Virus record (IMG/VR): IMGVR_UViG_3300042197_001803
Location: 31,858-95,857 of that record
Source: an uncultured virus (IMG/VR IMGVR_UViG_3300042197_001803)
Lineage: Duplodnaviria; Heunggongvirae; Uroviricota; Caudoviricetes
DNA: 64,000 bases
Strand: one strand, 5' to 3'
Under the pieces are notes generated by a model. It did not search any database, was not told the DNA's origin, and worked only from the letters and a program-made list of their open reading frames with translations. Below, piece after piece: positions 61,202-64,000 of this stretch (positions are counted from its first letter, which is position 1; each line of letters begins with the position of its first letter). Both the position numbers and the translations under genes were made by a program.

Positions 61202-63040
61202 TCAAGAGAAATTAACTGTTTTAAGATTTTTAACCCTAACATTTATATCTTTACCAGGGTATCTAACTTGATATGTTTGATTTGGTTGAGCAAAAATGGT
61301 ATCGTCAATTAATTCAATTTGTCTTGTTTCATTATTAACATATCTTTGAGATGTTTGTGATGATGAATATTGACCGCCCACTTTATTAAAAAATAACATA
61401 TCAGATAAAGCAATAACACCATTTTCACTTTGAATTAATCTTCTTAATTCGGATACAAAGACATTTTGACCCATTTGTCTATTCAATGGACTAAAGAATT
61501 CTGTTACAATATTAATAATTTGTGAAATTACAGTTCCTTGGTTTTGACTATTATCTAATACAACATCAATAGTAATACCTAAATCTATAACATTTGCAGT
61601 TTCAATTGAAATGTAATCATTTATCATTCTATAATTTGATAAATAATTAGCCACATTATTCTTAAGGGTATTTGAAACAATTTCAGTTAGTGAACCAGCT
61701 TCATCATAAGATAACATTTGAATCTTTATCTTATTGTTTTCTTCGGTTATAGCAACTTTAGCGGGAGCACCGAATTGAGATGGCATTGTTCTAATTAAAG
61801 AATCGTAGTCATTAACAGTTACCGCTCTGTTCTGAGCCGAGAAGTTAAATGAAACCAAGTTTCTAACTTCTTCAGTGGTCGGGAAATTAGCCCCACCAAT
61901 TGCCGCGGTTACGTTAGTACAACTCAATGACCTAACAACTGTAGTATTAACAGATTCTGAAGGTCCGTTAACAAAAAATGAAACAGTACCAATTTGTGTT
62001 ATTACATTAACACCTAAATTTGACGCTGTACCACCACCAATTCTATACTGAACAAAAAGTGTTGAGTTGGCTTTTAATACACTACCAAGTGCAAAGTTGT
62101 TTGAGTATTTATTTAAATTTAGTGTATACCCGTTTCTTGCAAATTCTCTTAATTGTTCGTCGGCCGATTGACTACCACCACCAAAAGTCATTTTTAAGAA
62201 TCCTTCGGGTGTATATTCAGTAATGAACTTATCATTAGTCTCAATATATCTACCAACTTTGATACCAGGTGAATCTGAAACTTTTGTAGGGTCTTCAATA
62301 AAAACTCTACTTTCAGCCAAGGCTTTAACTTCATACCATCTATTATCTAAACCTAAAAACTCTTGTGTTGTAGGTACATTAGCATATTGTGTACCATCTT
62401 TAAGTAGTACACTAGTTACCCCTAATACATTTTTTTCAGGTAAAAATATTTCTAAAAATGGTTTTACATCAACAGGTGTAATAACTCTTTTAAAAACTTT
62501 AGTTGTACCATTAACAACAGTTTCTCTTTTAACAATAGTATAATTGATTAATTTATTGTTAGCGTCAAAATTAGGTATTTTTAATCTGTTAGGGAATCCG
62601 TCACCACCGATAGGTGATGCAAAGTCAATGTCATAAACAGTTTCAAAAACTTGACCACCACCATTTACTTGTGAACCTCTTCGTAATATACCACAATATC
62701 TAATATCTTCTTTATCACCAAAAGCGGGAACCGTAATTGAGAAATCAACTAAAGCGACTGAGGGTCTCATACCAGGAACTTTTAATCCGTATGTTCTAGC
62801 GATATTAAAAATAGATGACCTTTGTTGAGCATATTGTAATACAGTTTCCTGAATACTTCTGTCGATATTAAAATGTAAATTATCAGTAACCGCAGCATTT
62901 AAATCCATCAATACTGAGAATACCGATGCGTCATTGAAGTTATCAATGGTTTCAGGATAATAAGTTCTTGTAAAATTTATTAACTCAGTTCTAATGGATT
63001 GGAAATCCCTAGTGGTGTACGATATTTTTTTATTGGCCAT
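61202..63040 (-). CDS. Baseplate wedge protein (T4 gp6 / P2 gpJ-like)
   Basis: YTTRDFQSIR, AQQRSSIFNIA..YG, FG.G, Y..GGG...N, AQNRAVT..DY. Confidence 0.85.
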   Translation of the reverse strand: MANKKISYTTRDFQSIRTELINFTRTYYPETIDNFNDASVFSVLMDLNAAVTDNLHFNIDRSIQETVLQYAQQRSSIFNIARTYGLKVPGMRPSVALVDFSITVPAFGDKEDIRYCGILRRGSQVNGGGQVFETVYDIDFASPIGGDGFPNRLKIPNFDANNKLINYTIVKRETVVNGTTKVFKRVITPVDVKPFLEIFLPEKNVLGVTSVLLKDGTQYANVPTTQEFLGLDNRWYEVKALAESRVFIEDPTKVSDSPGIKVGRYIETNDKFITEYTPEGFLKMTFGGGSQSADEQLREFARNGYTLNLNKYSNNFALGSVLKANSTLFVQYRIGGGTASNLGVNVITQIGTVSFFVNGPSESVNTTVVRSLSCTNVTAAIGGANFPTTEEVRNLVSFNFSAQNRAVTVNDYDSLIRTMPSQFGAPAKVAITEENNKIKIQMLSYDEAGSLTEIVSNTLKNNVANYLSNYRMINDYISIETANVIDLGITIDVVLDNSQNQGTVISQIINIVTEFFSPLNRQMGQNVFVSELRRLIQSENGVIALSDMLFFNKVGGQYSSSQTSQRYVNNETRQIELIDDTIFAQPNQTYQVRYPGKDINVRVKNLKTVNFS

Positions 63041-63046
63041 ATACTA

Positions 63047-63505
63047 TTAAATATTTAATATTATAAAATCTGAAGATTCTAAAGCGGTGTCGGTTATTGT
63101 ATAGTCAATTTTAACTTTGGCTGTGTGTTCCATTGTACCAATACCAGGAACTCTATAAACACGAGTATCATTATTACTAATATAAGTTCCTTTATCTTCT
63201 TCACCATCTGACGCTGCAGTAACACTTATGTTGGTTATTGTTATACCTGGCATATAAGTTTCAACCGCCTGTCTTATTTCTGCAGAAATCTCAGAAAAAG
63301 TAGGACCATCTAACGGTTCAAATATATATTCATATAATCTTGTTCCAAAATCAGGTAAAAAATATCTGCTACCTTTTCTAGTTAAAATCAAATGAATTAA
63401 ATCGGTTCTGATTTCTTCGTCATTAAAATCCGATAAATCAAAATAATTTCCAGTGAAAGAATCTCTAAACGGAAAATTAATACCGTATGTTTTACCATCT
63501 GCCAT
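63047..63505 (-). CDS. Baseplate wedge gp25/GPW-like protein
   Basis: GINFPF; LILTRKGSRYFLPDFGTRLYEYIFEP. Confidence 0.9.
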   Translation of the reverse strand: MADGKTYGINFPFRDSFTGNYFDLSDFNDEEIRTDLIHLILTRKGSRYFLPDFGTRLYEYIFEPLDGPTFSEISAEIRQAVETYMPGITITNISVTAASDGEEDKGTYISNNDTRVYRVPGIGTMEHTAKVKIDYTITDTALESSDFIILNI

Positions 63506-63552
63506 AATAATAAATATATGTTTGGAATGTTTCTTATAAATACTGATAAAAT

Positions 63553-63577
63553 AAAAATCCCGACTTTTGTCGGGATT
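63553..63577 (-). terminator. Terminator after nrdA
   Basis: AATCCCGAC-tttt-GTCGGGATT with A-run on the left. Confidence 0.7.
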
Positions 63578-63590
63578 GTTTAATTATTTG

Positions 63591-64000
63591 TTAAGAAGAA
63601 CACCCAAAACACTCAAATTCAGAATCCGCTGGTTTTTTTGTTAGATTTACTTTAGGTGGTTCAGGTGCAACTTTTGGTTTTTCTATTTTTGAAATATCAA
63701 CCGCTAAGTGTTTAGCCCCTGTTGAAATTGCCTTAGTCCTAACATAATAACACATAGTCTTTAACCCATTTTTCCAAGAATGGAAGTGTGATGATGTGAT
63801 TTTTGAAAGTGTTGGATTAGCCATATAAATGTTCATTGATTGGGTTTGGTCAATAAATGGTGCTCTGTCCGCTGCCATGTCAATCAATTCTCTTTGTGAG
63901 ATTTCCCAAATAGTTTTATACTTTAAAATTAAATGTTCAATTCTTTTAACTTTTTTATTGTAATTTTTGTCCTCAGGGTCAAGGTAATTATTGAAGTTAA
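63591..64000 (-). CDS. nrdA: Ribonucleotide reductase class Ia alpha subunit (C-terminal part)
   Basis: Frame is open to the window edge: [27 protein letters not shown]...GLKT..YY.RT; C-terminal CxxC. Confidence 0.93.
   Translation of the reverse strand, partial: NFNNYLDPEDKNYNKKVKRIEHLILKYKTIWEISQRELIDMAADRAPFIDQTQSMNIYMANPTLSKITSSHFHSWKNGLKTMCYYVRTKAISTGAKHLAVDISKIEKPKVAPEPPKVNLTKKPADSEFECFGCSS

Noticed and set aside
1-64000. Stop-codon reassignment, as in some jumbo phages
   Set aside because: Genes are full length under the standard code with tight packing; no fragmentation at TAG or TGA.
1-64000. Eukaryotic or NCLDV origin (GSII, LRR, GT96-like, DnaJ, class Ia RNR)
   Set aside because: Sigma-70, gp25/gp6 baseplate genes, coupled operons and Bacteroidota-type promoters indicate a tailed bacteriophage.
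1-64000. tRNA, rRNA or large ncRNA genes
   Set aside because: Intergenic gaps are short and AT-rich, and I recognised no cloverleaf or T-loop motifs.

Overview
AT-rich, densely coding 64-kb segment of a large (jumbo-type) myovirus genome, mostly on the minus strand. The host is probably Bacteroidota: there are TTTG-N19/20-TAnnTTTG promoters, no Shine-Dalgarno motifs, a short RpoD-like sigma factor, SprB repeats and an Hc1-like protein. The left half holds accessory, metabolic and replication genes (two DNA methyltransferases, glutamine synthetase II, Trx/Grx, DnaJ, PcfJ-like proteins, SbcC/SbcD, primase, RuvC), probable head-cargo proteins and a possible lysis cassette. The right half is a baseplate/tail-fibre module ending in gp6/J, gp25 and a partial nrdA. 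Top candidate for a new system: a soluble glycosyltransferase with motifs of plant peptidyl-Ser/Hyp O-glycosyltransferases (GT96/GT95), embedded among Cys-rich virion proteins that carry mucin/extensin-like (Pro-Thr)n tracts, suggesting virion O-glycosylation. Other highlights are a degenerate MetK-like protein, two unrelated homing endonucleases each paired with a small MGR-start RHH-like ORF, a recurrent sense-strand TATTTAT(A) promoter motif, strong GATC avoidance and alveolin-like repeats. All family calls come from motif recognition by eye, not database searches.
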